IMG/VR virus record: IMGVR_UViG_3300037462_000270
Location: 1 to 44,460 of that record
DNA from: a virus
Lineage: Duplodnaviria; Caudoviricetes
Length of the DNA: 44,460 nucleotides
Direction: 5' to 3' (one strand)
The notes beneath the pieces are model-generated. The model saw only the letters and a list, made by a program, of their open reading frames with translations, was not told the origin of the DNA and did not search any database. Position 1 is the stretch's first letter. Each line of letters starts with the position of its first letter. Shown here piece by piece: positions 33,815 through 43,287 of this stretch. Both the position numbers and the translations under genes were made by a program.

Positions 33815-35173
33815 TTACAGCGCGTGCGCCGCGACCCGGTTCGCGGTGATGCCTTCCCACCGGATGTTCTTCGGCGGGTTGAAGCAGTGGAAGTTCTCGA
33901 AGATGTAGTAGAAGGCGGTGTACTCGTCGTACCCGTCCACCCACTTCAGGACGTCGCCGCCCTCGTCGGCCCAGCCGCCGTTCTCTTCGAAGTACCGGAC
34001 CCAGGTGTCCTTGGTGAAGTTGAAGAGCATCCCGTAGGGGGCATCGCGCTCCGCGAGCCACGGGATGTCGCCGAACGTCACCTTCTTGTTCTTCTTGCCG
34101 CCCTGCTTGGCCGCGACCGTGCCGCCGTCGGGGCTGCGGAGGTCGGCTCCGCTGTAGCGGCGGTCGGCCTCGAGCAGCGCCAGGTAGGCGCGGCGCTCGT
34201 CGAAGAAGGAGGCGAACAGATCGCCCCCGTCGCCGCCGATGCGGACCGCGCGCATGTCGAGGCCCTGCTGGATGGCATCGAGGGACAGCGCGCCGACGCC
34301 CGTGATGACATGCGACCGCTCCACGGCGTACGTGGTCCGGTTGATGTCGTGGTAGTCGTTGACGTAGGTGCCGTCGTCGCAGCCGCTCAGGATGCCTTCC
34401 GGCTCCTGGTCGTAGGAGTTCTGCGTGGCCGACTGCGCCAGCACGAGCAGGTCGTTGTTGGCGACCGCGAACGTGCCGATCGTCTCGGCGGTGACGTCGG
34501 TGCCGTCGCTGCCGACCGAGGTCACGCGGAACGTGCCCTTGACGGTCGTCGGCGAGGAGCCGTCGAGCACCGCGATGAACTGGCCGTCGGTGGCGTCACC
34601 GTAGAGGAACCGGTTGCCGTTGTGCGTGCCGACGATGCCGCCCGGGTCCATCACCTCGAGCGTGCCGCCGTTGCTCACCGTCTGGGCGCCGTTGACGCGG
34701 GCCAGGATGCCCTTGCCCCAGCCCCAGGCGATGCGGTTGCGGAAGTGGGCGAGGTCGTCGACCAGCAGCTCCATCTCCGTCGCCGCGACGCGCTTGTAGG
34801 CGCCCTTGTTGTTGCGGCTCGAGAGCATGATCGTGCGGTCGAACCCGACGCGTCCGTAGACGTTGCGGATGCCGATCTTGCTCTCTTCCCACTTCTGCCG
34901 CCCGGTGCGCGGGATGAGACCACGCGACGGGATCGAGCCCATCGAGTAGTTCCGGCCGATGCGCTTCGGGACGACCTTGTACTTGCCCTGCCACGACTCG
35001 TCGACCACCTCGGTGGTCATCATGTCGAGCATAGGCGTTTCGTCCTGCAGCGAATTCATGATGACTTCGCTGTTGTAGTCCTCCTTGAGGAGGCTGGACA
35101 TGCTGGTTTCGGTCGCCGGGGCATGGAGCACGGTGGCGAACGCGCCGGCGGTGAACAGACGATGCGTGAACAT
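33815..35173 (-). CDS. Major capsid protein
   Basis: 452 aa after portal and scaffold; LLKEDY...GKYKVVP..GRN; GGAG SD; followed by strong hairpin. Confidence 0.85.
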   Translation of the reverse strand: MFTHRLFTAGAFATVLHAPATETSMSSLLKEDYNSEVIMNSLQDETPMLDMMTTEVVDESWQGKYKVVPKRIGRNYSMGSIPSRGLIPRTGRQKWEESKIGIRNVYGRVGFDRTIMLSSRNNKGAYKRVAATEMELLVDDLAHFRNRIAWGWGKGILARVNGAQTVSNGGTLEVMDPGGIVGTHNGNRFLYGDATDGQFIAVLDGSSPTTVKGTFRVTSVGSDGTDVTAETIGTFAVANNDLLVLAQSATQNSYDQEPEGILSGCDDGTYVNDYHDINRTTYAVERSHVITGVGALSLDAIQQGLDMRAVRIGGDGGDLFASFFDERRAYLALLEADRRYSGADLRSPDGGTVAAKQGGKKNKKVTFGDIPWLAERDAPYGMLFNFTKDTWVRYFEENGGWADEGGDVLKWVDGYDEYTAFYYIFENFHCFNPPKNIRWEGITANRVAAHAL

Positions 35174-35191
35174 GGAACGCTCCGGTGTGAC

Positions 35192-36199
35192 CTACGCGCC
35201 GCGCAGAAGGCGGCGGGTCACGTCCTTAACGGTTTCTCGTTTCGGCGACCGCGCGCCCGCCGGAATCCCGCCCGTGAAGGCGGCCGGTCGAGCCCCACGC
35301 GTCGCCGCGGCGGCTGAGGCCTGCTGCACGAGTGCCGCCGCAGCCTGCTGCTGCTGCTTGCGGAACCGCTGCAAGGGCTTCCCGTACTTCTCCAGCAATT
35401 TCGGGATGAACGTCTTGGGCGCCGCCAGCACGTCCTGGCGGTTGTTCTTCTGTGCCCACTCGAACAGGCCGACCACTTCGCGCTCGAGGAGCGCCTGGCC
35501 GTCCTCGTCGTAGTCCTTCCCGAACTCCGAGATCGCCGACTTCCACGTCTGCACTCGCTGCTGCGACTGCTGGCGCTGTCGGTCCGTCTCGATCCCCTTG
35601 CGCCACTGCAGGACGTCGTGCAGACCGTGCCCGTAGTTCTGCTTCAGCTCGTGAAGCTCGCGATGCAGGGCCAACACCATCTGGTGCGAGTCATGCATCC
35701 ACTTCCCGGCCTCGTCGTCCGAGGCGAACGGTGGCGGAGGAATCGCTGGCGGGGTGTACTGGGGCCGCTGCACGGGCGCCTGTCGCGCCTGTTCAGCAGG
35801 GCGACCCGGAGCCGTGACGATGCGCTGCAGCAGTTCCGGCTCCGCCTCGAGGCGAGCCATGAGCGACTGATGATTGCGCTGCGTCACGATCAGGTCGTCG
35901 AGGTCGAGGCCCGCGTCCCGGATACGCCGCACCAATGTGCGGTTCTCCTTCGCGAACTTCCCGTCACGCCGACGATTGCGGATCAGATTCCGCAGGGCCG
36001 CCCGGTCCTGTACCAGGCGCTCCTCGTCGTAGACGTCCTCGTCCTCGTCATCGAGATCACCGCCCGCCGGCGCGTCAACACGCGCCGCAGGTGACGCCTC
36101 GGATGCCGATGCAACCGGAGTCACATCGGCAGGGGCCGGGCTTGCGGTCTCAGCGCCGGTATCACCACCGGACGCCCCACCGATCAGCTCGTCAGCCAT
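35192..36199 (-). CDS. Scaffolding protein
   Basis: Acidic disordered N-terminus, helical coiled coil, between portal and capsid. Confidence 0.7.
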   Translation of the reverse strand: MADELIGGASGGDTGAETASPAPADVTPVASASEASPAARVDAPAGGDLDDEDEDVYDEERLVQDRAALRNLIRNRRRDGKFAKENRTLVRRIRDAGLDLDDLIVTQRNHQSLMARLEAEPELLQRIVTAPGRPAEQARQAPVQRPQYTPPAIPPPPFASDDEAGKWMHDSHQMVLALHRELHELKQNYGHGLHDVLQWRKGIETDRQRQQSQQRVQTWKSAISEFGKDYDEDGQALLEREVVGLFEWAQKNNRQDVLAAPKTFIPKLLEKYGKPLQRFRKQQQQAAAALVQQASAAAATRGARPAAFTGGIPAGARSPKRETVKDVTRRLLRGA

Positions 36200-36262
36200 T
36201 GGACCCTCGAAGGGGGAGGGGGAAAGAGGCGCACGCCCGAACTGCGATGTCCTGGCCGGAAA

Positions 36263-38659
36263 TCATCGAAGCCCCCCTGTGGACGTGCGCCCCATTGAGG
36301 CCGGCGGCGGCGTCGCGCCCCCACCAGCCGGGACCGGCACCAACGGCGTCATCACGCCGTTGGCGGTCAGTTCGTCGATCGACGGCCCCGTGGGGCCCTG
36401 CGGCGGCGCGGCACCAGCCGGCAGCAGGGCGCCGCTCTGGACGGCCGCCTCGAGAGGATTGGCCTGCGGCTGCGCGCCGGCCGGGACAAGGGCGCCGCTC
36501 TGCACGGCCTGCTCCACCGCGGCCCCATCGGGGCCCGTCGGTTCGGCGGGCGGGGCCGGCGGCTGCATGCGCTGCTGGAGTTGCTGGACGTGCGCCAGCA
36601 TGGCCTCGAAGACCGGCGGATTCTGCGCCGCGATAGCTTCGGCCTGCTCGCCCTTGAGGAACGTCGTCTTGAGCAGCAGGTGCAGCGGCAGGTTGATCAG
36701 CGGGTCCGGCAGCGGCGGCGGGATGTCCGCAGGGCCCTGCGCGGCCTTCCACCGATCGAGTTCGCGCGCGACCTGCCGCTTGTCCTCGTTGGTGGACTTC
36801 TTGAACTCGCCGAGCGCCATCTCCGTCAGCAGGCGGAGCGCCACCTCCGGATCGGCCGCGGGCTGCAGGATGCCGAACTCCACGGCCTTCTGGATCCGCA
36901 CCAACTGCATCGCCGGCGACTTCGGCCACGCCGACATCGGCTCGATCGCGATGTCCACCTGGCCGAGCAGGTCGGCATTGGTGAACTGCGAGATCTCCCA
37001 CTGCCCGTTCTCGCCCTTGACGCGGCGGAACCGCGGCGCCCAAGCGGACTGGCGGGCGTACTGCAGCAGCAGGCGGGCCTGGCGCTTCTCGAACTCGATC
37101 GCGTGATCCAGCGGCGTCCGGAACGCCGCCATGCCGCGCTCCTGCATGATCTCGACTTCGCCGAGCGTCGGATCGCCGGACGGACGGTCGCCCATCAGCA
37201 CGGCATTCAGCCGGCTGACCTTCTCCATGGACGCGTCGATCTGCTCGAGGCGCTTGTAGAGCCCCTCCGGCGGATTCTGGCCGCGCTCCGTGATCGGATG
37301 GTCGCCTGGCGTCAGCGACCGGAACCGGTTGAACGCGCCCGGGGCGCCCGAGGGCGTGTCCTCGAGCGTGACACTCGCCGGCAGCCAGGTCGTCGGCGCC
37401 GCGCAGTGCATCAGGATGAGTTCGATCAGCGACTCGACCCGGTTGCGGGACTTCTGCATCGGGACCAGGTCGTCAGCCGGCGGCTTGCCGTGCGGACTGT
37501 GCGGGGCCGTGGCGAACGTGCGGATGATGATCGACTTCTGCGGCCGGCCGTTCTCGTCGACCAGGGGCAGCGGGCCCTCTTCGACGAGCACCTCTCCCAC
37601 CATGACGCCGTGCAGGCCCTCCGGCAGCGACAGGTCCGGCTCGTCGACCGGATCGTGCTGCAGCCGGTAGACCGTGACCATGTTGTCGGTGCCGCGGCTC
37701 GAGGTGCCGTTGCCGTGCGGGCCCGACATGCCGCGGAGCGTCGTGGCGTACTGCGCCGCGAGGCTGCCCGTGCGAGACCGCCCGGTCTGCTGCCGGATGG
37801 CCTCCGCGTAGTCGGGCCACAGCCGGCACGCCTGCTCGATCGGCATATCCTGATGCCCGAGCACCCACGCGCTCTGCTGCTCGTCGGCCACCGTCGCCGT
37901 CGACGGGAGCGAGAACTCGAAGGACGACCACAGGTCCGCGCAGAACTTGCCGCGGGGCATGTTGACGTGCTCCGGGATGAACGTTGTGGGGTCCACATCG
38001 ACCGCGAGGTTCGTGCTGCCGCAGTGCGGGCAGACCGTCTCGGGTTCGACCTCCGGATTGCCCCGCATCGCCTCGAGGTCCACGCCGCCCGTCTCGGTCA
38101 GGTCCACGACCTTCCCGCAGCCCTCCTCCTGGCAGCGCAGCAGCGGCACCGGCTCCGTGCCGTGCTTCTCGTCGGCGTCGAAGTAGTAGACGACCGCGAC
38201 CTTGTCGATCAGCGTGATGAGCTGATTGATGCGCGGCTTGAGCGACGCATACCCGATCTCGTCCTCGAGAACCGGGACCGCGTCCTCCGCCACTTCGGCC
38301 GTCGCGCGGTCCTCCTCGTCGTCCGTCATCGGGACGTACGTCTTGCCCGGAACCGACTGGTTCAGGAGGGAGGCGATGCCGTCGACGTGCACCGCGAACA
38401 TGTTGGTGACACAGCGCGGGACATACGCCGGCAGGCCCGCCTCACCGTCGAAGGGGCGCGGGACGAACTGCTTGCGGTCCTCGTGAAAGACCGACCACTG
38501 CCCCTCCTCACCGCCCCGCCAGAACATCGTGTTTTCGAGGTTCGTGCGGTCGCGGCCGGCGCGGGCGTGCTGGCCTTTGGCGTCGTCAATGCACCGCTGG
38601 ATCAGGCGCTGGGCCTGTTCGCGGCGCTGCTCGGGCGTGGCGTCCTTCGACCGGCTCAC
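36263..38659 (-). CDS. Portal protein with zinc-ribbon insertion
   Basis: 798 aa between terminase and scaffold; HGKPPADDLVPMQKSRN; CQEEGC...CPHCG insert; Pro/Gln-rich tail. Confidence 0.85.
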   Translation of the reverse strand: MSRSKDATPEQRREQAQRLIQRCIDDAKGQHARAGRDRTNLENTMFWRGGEEGQWSVFHEDRKQFVPRPFDGEAGLPAYVPRCVTNMFAVHVDGIASLLNQSVPGKTYVPMTDDEEDRATAEVAEDAVPVLEDEIGYASLKPRINQLITLIDKVAVVYYFDADEKHGTEPVPLLRCQEEGCGKVVDLTETGGVDLEAMRGNPEVEPETVCPHCGSTNLAVDVDPTTFIPEHVNMPRGKFCADLWSSFEFSLPSTATVADEQQSAWVLGHQDMPIEQACRLWPDYAEAIRQQTGRSRTGSLAAQYATTLRGMSGPHGNGTSSRGTDNMVTVYRLQHDPVDEPDLSLPEGLHGVMVGEVLVEEGPLPLVDENGRPQKSIIIRTFATAPHSPHGKPPADDLVPMQKSRNRVESLIELILMHCAAPTTWLPASVTLEDTPSGAPGAFNRFRSLTPGDHPITERGQNPPEGLYKRLEQIDASMEKVSRLNAVLMGDRPSGDPTLGEVEIMQERGMAAFRTPLDHAIEFEKRQARLLLQYARQSAWAPRFRRVKGENGQWEISQFTNADLLGQVDIAIEPMSAWPKSPAMQLVRIQKAVEFGILQPAADPEVALRLLTEMALGEFKKSTNEDKRQVARELDRWKAAQGPADIPPPLPDPLINLPLHLLLKTTFLKGEQAEAIAAQNPPVFEAMLAHVQQLQQRMQPPAPPAEPTGPDGAAVEQAVQSGALVPAGAQPQANPLEAAVQSGALLPAGAAPPQGPTGPSIDELTANGVMTPLVPVPAGGGATPPPASMGRTSTGGLR

Positions 38660-38973
38660 GTCTCGGACATGGCCGGCTCAGGAAAGCCCTCACGGTTGTC
38701 ACGGATGGACGTGACTGCCAGGGCACGGAAGACGCTCGCAAGAGGGGGAGCCTGCGAGGGGGCCGAGGACTCGGCCACCGGGGAGACGATGGCACCGGAC
38801 CGCGCGAAGACCTGGTCACGGAACCGCGCATACTCGCGCGTCGTCGTGGCCAGGCGCTCACGGAGGTCGCTGCACTCCCGTTCCGTCAGTTCCAGACGCG
38901 CCTCGGCCACCGCCAGCTCGCGCAGGAGAGTGGACCGCAACGGACGGCGGAACAGCGTGAAGGGGAACGGCAT
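38656..38973 (-). CDS. Hypothetical coiled-coil protein
   Basis: Coupled to portal start; GAGG SD. Confidence 0.6.
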   Translation of the reverse strand: MPFPFTLFRRPLRSTLLRELAVAEARLELTERECSDLRERLATTTREYARFRDQVFARSGAIVSPVAESSAPSQAPPLASVFRALAVTSIRDNREGFPEPAMSET

Positions 38974-39000
38974 AGCGCCGATCCTCACGCTGGTCGCGTG

Positions 39001-39348
39001 TCAGGCTGGAGTCAATGTTGAGGTGACGAGTTCCGGGATCGCCAGCCAGTGTGTCGGAGGCTGCGCGCGCTGCGCGGCCGGACTCTTCTGGCCATACGCC
39101 CAGTACGGCCCGAGCCACGAGTCATCCACCCACCAGCCGACCTCCGGCTGCGGCCACGCGGGCGAGTGCAGCAGGACGAACTCGTGAGGGTCCTGTTTCG
39201 CCGTGGCGATCGGCTGCCACTGCAGCGTCGCCGCAGCCAGCCGGATCGCCATGTGGTACGCGCACTCATGGAGCAGATGGTCGCCCTCGAACAGGCACAG
39301 GCACCCGCATCGCTTGGCCGCGACCTGCTCGTCAGTCAGTGGGTCCAT
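39001..39348 (-). CDS. DUF551-like protein
   Basis: WQPIATAK...PTHWLAIP. Confidence 0.75.
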   Translation of the reverse strand: MDPLTDEQVAAKRCGCLCLFEGDHLLHECAYHMAIRLAAATLQWQPIATAKQDPHEFVLLHSPAWPQPEVGWWVDDSWLGPYWAYGQKSPAAQRAQPPTHWLAIPELVTSTLTPA

Positions 39349-39535
39349 CGGCGTCTCCGTCAAAAGTGATCGTCGCCACCGTCCGCCGCACGAGCACGTC
39401 CACCACGAGCTCGCCGTCCTCGTACCGGAACCCACCCACCCCGATCACTTCGCCCGACACGGGGACCACGACAGCGCCCCCGTTGGCGCGCACCGGCAGG
39501 CCCAGGATCGCGGCGTCCCACTCGGCTTTCGTCAC
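39332..39535 (-). CDS. Hypothetical protein
   Basis: GTGA-coupled 67-aa ORF. Confidence 0.5.
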   Translation of the reverse strand: MTKAEWDAAILGLPVRANGGAVVVPVSGEVIGVGGFRYEDGELVVDVLVRRTVATITFDGDADGPTD

Positions 39536-39780
39536 TCTGGCACCACGCTCGTGATCATCCAGGCCACCCGGTCCGCCCGCTGCGCTTCGACCTTCGCCAT
39601 GCCTCGCGCGATGCTCTCCAGCGTGAGCACCTGCCCCGGCGCGACGGCCATGTTGCGGCCCACGGACTGCGACCAGCAGAACGTGCTCCGGTTGATGTCC
39701 GGCACCGGCGCCGGCAGCGGGACCTGCGTGGCCACCGCCGCGCCGGCCATCCGCGCGAAGAACTGTCGTCGGTTCATCAT
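39532..39780 (-). CDS. Small protein with twin-arginine-like N-terminus
   Basis: MMNRRQFFARMAGAAVA. Confidence 0.6.
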   Translation of the reverse strand: MMNRRQFFARMAGAAVATQVPLPAPVPDINRSTFCWSQSVGRNMAVAPGQVLTLESIARGMAKVEAQRADRVAWMITSVVPE

Positions 39781-40145
39781 GGCCGCACCCGCGCCTGGTC
39801 AATCCGCGCATCGACGTCGTAGTCCCGCAGACCCGTGATGCCCGCCGCAGAACGTTCGACGTACGGCGGAAGATGCGCCAGCATCGCCACAATCGAAGGC
39901 CCGCCCCGAATGTCCGTGATGACTTCCCAGAAGTGCGCGTCCGTCGACGCCTTGCCCACGGCCTCGCACGCGGCATCCCGGCAGGTCACACGGCCCATCG
40001 CCAATCCCGGCCGATAGACGGCGAACTCTCCCGCCTCGTGCCCACCGAAGAAGCGACCGCACACCGGGCACGGCATCCAGAAGTAGCCGAACACCGCCGC
40101 ATACAGACGACTGAGCCACCGCCATCGGTTCATCGTTTGCCTCAC
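39777..40145 (-). CDS. Hypothetical protein with CPVC motif
   Basis: FGYFWMPCPVCGRFFGGHE...C...C; coupled to terL stop. Confidence 0.6.
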   Translation of the reverse strand: MRQTMNRWRWLSRLYAAVFGYFWMPCPVCGRFFGGHEAGEFAVYRPGLAMGRVTCRDAACEAVGKASTDAHFWEVITDIRGGPSIVAMLAHLPPYVERSAAGITGLRDYDVDARIDQARVRP

Positions 40146-41638
40146 CACCGCCCGAACGTGCCGTTGCGCGGCGCCTTCGGGCTGAAGACCTTTTCCACCC
40201 GCTCCGCTTCCTTCCGGCTCAGCGGGTCCAGCCGCGCCAGTTCCTTCTGGAGCAGCACATCCTCCGGCTTCACCGGGCGCCCGACCGGCCGCGCCTCAAA
40301 CAGCCGGCCGACACTCTCGAACGCGTGATCGTCACTCTCGCCATCGGCCACGTTCGGATTCTTCTTGTCCCACGGTACGCGTGGCACCGTGCGAATCAGG
40401 TTGGGGCAGGCCGTCGTGCACGACCAGTGCGGCGTCCCATGCGGCCCCACCGCCAGCGCCGCCATCCATCGCTGTGGACGTGACAGCCGCACCGCCGGAC
40501 CACCCGCGCCCTGCATCAGCGGCACATGCAACGACTGCCCGAGGATGTCATCGTAGACCTCCGCAATCGTCTTCGCTATCCCCATCTCGCGCCGGCTGCC
40601 GTACATGTACGGTTCGAGCACGACGAACTCAGGACGGGCCATGCCGCGGCCCATCAGGGACGCGATCGCGTCGCGCATTCGCTCGGCCTGGTCGACGTCG
40701 CGGACCTCCTGCGCGTACCACTCGTAGAACGTGCGAACGTGCCCGTTCGGCAGCGCCGCGTGTAGGTAGGCCGCCCACGGCGCCCCATAGCCGTAGTCCA
40801 CCGACCCGTAGATGACCGAGCCCTTCGGCGGGAACCACTGCGGGTCGTCCATGACGTGCCACGGGATGATCTGCCCGAGTCGACACCCCGCCGCCAGGAG
40901 TTGCTCGTCGTCAGGCCCGACCGTGTGTGTCGGCTTCCACATCGCACCGAGAATGTAGCCCGCGTTGGACTCGAAGGAGGCTTCGTACTCCTGCAGGTAC
41001 ATGCGGAGCTGGCCGCGCTGCTCGTACTGCCGACGAATTGAGAGCAACTCCTCCTGCTTGTCCCGGTACAGCGGGCAGTCGGCCGTCGTAAACGACCACG
41101 AGGCCCAATCGGGATAGGCGGCGTCCTGCCCCTGCTGGTACAGCGAGTGGAAGTGGTCGAAGCCCTTCGGCGTCCCGAGGATGAGCGCCCACCCGCCCGT
41201 GTCGAGCAGTGACGGCAGGATGATCTCGTCCCAGAGGTTCTCTTTCGTGTCGGCGTACTCGTCGATGACGATGCCGGCGATGCCGCGCCCGCGCAGGCTG
41301 TCTGGATGGTCAGCGCCGTGGAGCGCGATGACCGACCCGTTGCGCAGTTCGATCTCGAGCCGGCTCTCGTTCGGCGGACGCGCCAGCCACGACCGCGGCA
41401 CCAGCGTGACGAGTGTCTTCCACGCGATGTCGCGGGCCTGCTTCAGTTCCGGGGCGAGGTACCAGTAGCGCCCCGGCTTGGCCGCCGCCGACAGCAGAAG
41501 GCAGATGACGCCGAGCACCGTCTTGCCCCAGCGTCGACCAGCCGCGACGACCCGAAATCGCTTCGGCGACTCGAACACCTGGCCCTGCTGTGCGTGCAGC
41601 CGGATCAGCCGCTCGCCGGAGACTGTCGGCGCGCTCAC
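40142..41638 (-). CDS. terL: Terminase large subunit
   Basis: AAGRRWGKT Walker A, LRG, IVIDE Walker B, GTPKG, nuclease VDYG and DDHAFES. Confidence 0.95.
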   Translation of the reverse strand: MSAPTVSGERLIRLHAQQGQVFESPKRFRVVAAGRRWGKTVLGVICLLLSAAAKPGRYWYLAPELKQARDIAWKTLVTLVPRSWLARPPNESRLEIELRNGSVIALHGADHPDSLRGRGIAGIVIDEYADTKENLWDEIILPSLLDTGGWALILGTPKGFDHFHSLYQQGQDAAYPDWASWSFTTADCPLYRDKQEELLSIRRQYEQRGQLRMYLQEYEASFESNAGYILGAMWKPTHTVGPDDEQLLAAGCRLGQIIPWHVMDDPQWFPPKGSVIYGSVDYGYGAPWAAYLHAALPNGHVRTFYEWYAQEVRDVDQAERMRDAIASLMGRGMARPEFVVLEPYMYGSRREMGIAKTIAEVYDDILGQSLHVPLMQGAGGPAVRLSRPQRWMAALAVGPHGTPHWSCTTACPNLIRTVPRVPWDKKNPNVADGESDDHAFESVGRLFEARPVGRPVKPEDVLLQKELARLDPLSRKEAERVEKVFSPKAPRNGTFGRW

Positions 41639-41922
41639 TTCTCGATCACGACCCGCAGCACTTCGAGCCCGCCCTCAACCTTGACGGTCTCCTTCGGCTT
41701 GCCATAGGCGTAGTGCCACAGCATCGTCTCGACCGACGGGTGACACTTCCCCTCGTCCAGACTCTTCTGCAGCCGTGCCCGATACGTCGTGCTGCCGATC
41801 AGGTCTTGGGCAATCTCACGAATCTCCTTCGTGACCTTGTTCGGGATGCCCGCCTTCCGTCCGGCCGGATTCCCGCTCTGTCCCGGCTTGAACGCCGTCG
41901 GTGGTGCCTTGCGTGGTGCCAT
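41635..41922 (-). CDS. terS: Terminase small subunit (DUF5681-like)
   Basis: FKPGQSGNPAGR...YAYGKP immediately upstream of terL. Confidence 0.8.
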   Translation of the reverse strand: MAPRKAPPTAFKPGQSGNPAGRKAGIPNKVTKEIREIAQDLIGSTTYRARLQKSLDEGKCHPSVETMLWHYAYGKPKETVKVEGGLEVLRVVIEK

Positions 41923-42088
41923 GGTTCGTCCTCATCTGGCGCACCGCGACGGCCTTGCGTGCCGCCGCCTGCGCTTCTTCGCGTGTCCATCGGCGCGTGA
42001 CGCCGAGGGCGTGTCCCTTCCGGCCGGCGGCCGACGCGGCGCCGGGCCGTTGAAAGCCGCGAAGGGGGCGCGGCTGCTCGGCCATCAC
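41816..42088 (-). CDS. KGG-motif (general stress protein-like) small protein
   Basis: RGF...ASAAGRKGH...WTREEAQAAARK. Confidence 0.55.
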   Translation of the reverse strand: MMAEQPRPLRGFQRPGAASAAGRKGHALGVTRRWTREEAQAAARKAVAVRQMRTNHGTTQGTTDGVQAGTERESGRTEGGHPEQGHEGDS

Positions 42089-42334
42089 TTCGCAGCGCCG
42101 CCCAGTGCGGCCTTGAGTCGGTGATAGGCCGCGCTCGCTGCCTCGTTATGGGGCAAGCAGATTTCACGATCGCCGTTGCGGACCAGATACACCGCCAACA
42201 GCACGGCGTCGCCGATGTCGACGTAGGCGTAGCCTTTGGCGCGCGGCACCTTTACCGGGACCGTGGGGTTACGCGTCTCGGGATGCGCTGTCGCGCCTTC
42301 AACCAGCGTGTCGGGAGCACCCGCAGAACCAGAC

Positions 42335-42655
42335 TCACCGTCGTGCCCTCCACGCGGCGGCCCCGAGCGCCACAAGCAGCAGCACGCTCGGCTCCGGCAC
42401 GTCGTGCGCGACCTGATGCGTGCCCAGGTCCACCGACGGATCGAACCGCACCGTCGGCACGAGCTGCTCGTCATCGACCAGCAGCGCCGGCGGCGCCTGG
42501 TGCACGGGCCGCTCGAGGCAGGACGCCGACCAGTACGGGTTGCGCGGGTCGCACGGGACCGGCGGCGCCGTGTCCTGCAGGGGCGTCGGGGCGTCGTCAC
42601 GGGTCGGCGGCGCCCAGTTCAGGGACGGCGCGTAGATGTCTCGGGGGTCAGACAT
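42335..42655 (-). CDS. PEP-CTERM sorting-domain protein
   Basis: C-terminus VPEPSVLLLVALGAAAWRARR; ATG 42655 with GGAG SD. Confidence 0.75.
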   Translation of the reverse strand: MSDPRDIYAPSLNWAPPTRDDAPTPLQDTAPPVPCDPRNPYWSASCLERPVHQAPPALLVDDEQLVPTVRFDPSVDLGTHQVAHDVPEPSVLLLVALGAAAWRARR

Positions 42656-43133
42656 GAGTGGGCTCCTCCACAACGACCGACCGCTCCAGCAGCGCGGCCG
42701 TGTTCTTAAACGCGCGCATGAGCACGTCCGGGGCGATGTCGAGCGGGCGCACCGACCCACTCCGCGCCATGCCGGCCATCACACAGTCGGCGATGAAGTC
42801 GAGCACGTCGATCAGGTTCACGTCGTCAGGCACGCCATCGGCCTCGGTGAGATGGTGCCGATTGAGCTTCCGGTGCCGCTCCCACCAGTCGGTGTGCCCC
42901 TCGGAGAACTTGTGCTGGAAGTTACTGTAGAACCCATCGATGTCCGAGAGCTTGTCGGCATCGTGGCGCTCGGCCGCATGCGCCATCCCGTTGATGAAGA
43001 ACAACAGCGCACGCCGCACGTCGTCAATGTGCTGCTCACTACTGGCGAGCAGCGTGGCACGAGACACCTGCGTCACGTCGCATGTACGACTGTCGGCGGT
43101 GTGGCTCTTTTGAATGCGAATCAGGTCAGACAC
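42648..43133 (-). CDS. DUF5662-like HD-superfamily protein
   Basis: HIDDV...HDADK...H...NRHH...NLIDVLDFIAD. Confidence 0.7.
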   Translation of the reverse strand: MSDLIRIQKSHTADSRTCDVTQVSRATLLASSEQHIDDVRRALLFFINGMAHAAERHDADKLSDIDGFYSNFQHKFSEGHTDWWERHRKLNRHHLTEADGVPDDVNLIDVLDFIADCVMAGMARSGSVRPLDIAPDVLMRAFKNTAALLERSVVVEEPTHV

Positions 43134-43287
43134 GGGTCCATCGTCCTTTCATGTCACGGGGAATGCGTTCCACGTCCCGACGCGGCCTATGACGCTTGTC
43201 CGTCAGGTGTTCGGCCTGCTTCGCGCCGGCCGTGCGCGCCTGCTGGCGCAGCCACAGGGCCGCGCGCCGGATGTCGGTGGCGGTCAT
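43126..43287 (-). CDS. Small basic hypothetical protein (53 aa, not in ORF track)
   Basis: ATGA overlap with RusA stop; fills gap. Confidence 0.4.
   Translation of the reverse strand: MTATDIRRAALWLRQQARTAGAKQAEHLTDKRHRPRRDVERIPRDMKGRWTRV

Noticed and set aside
42085-42338. One or two tiny ORFs between the PEP-CTERM and KGG genes
   Set aside because: Probably coding (VPRAKGYAYVDIG... frame), but start and frame could not be fixed with confidence
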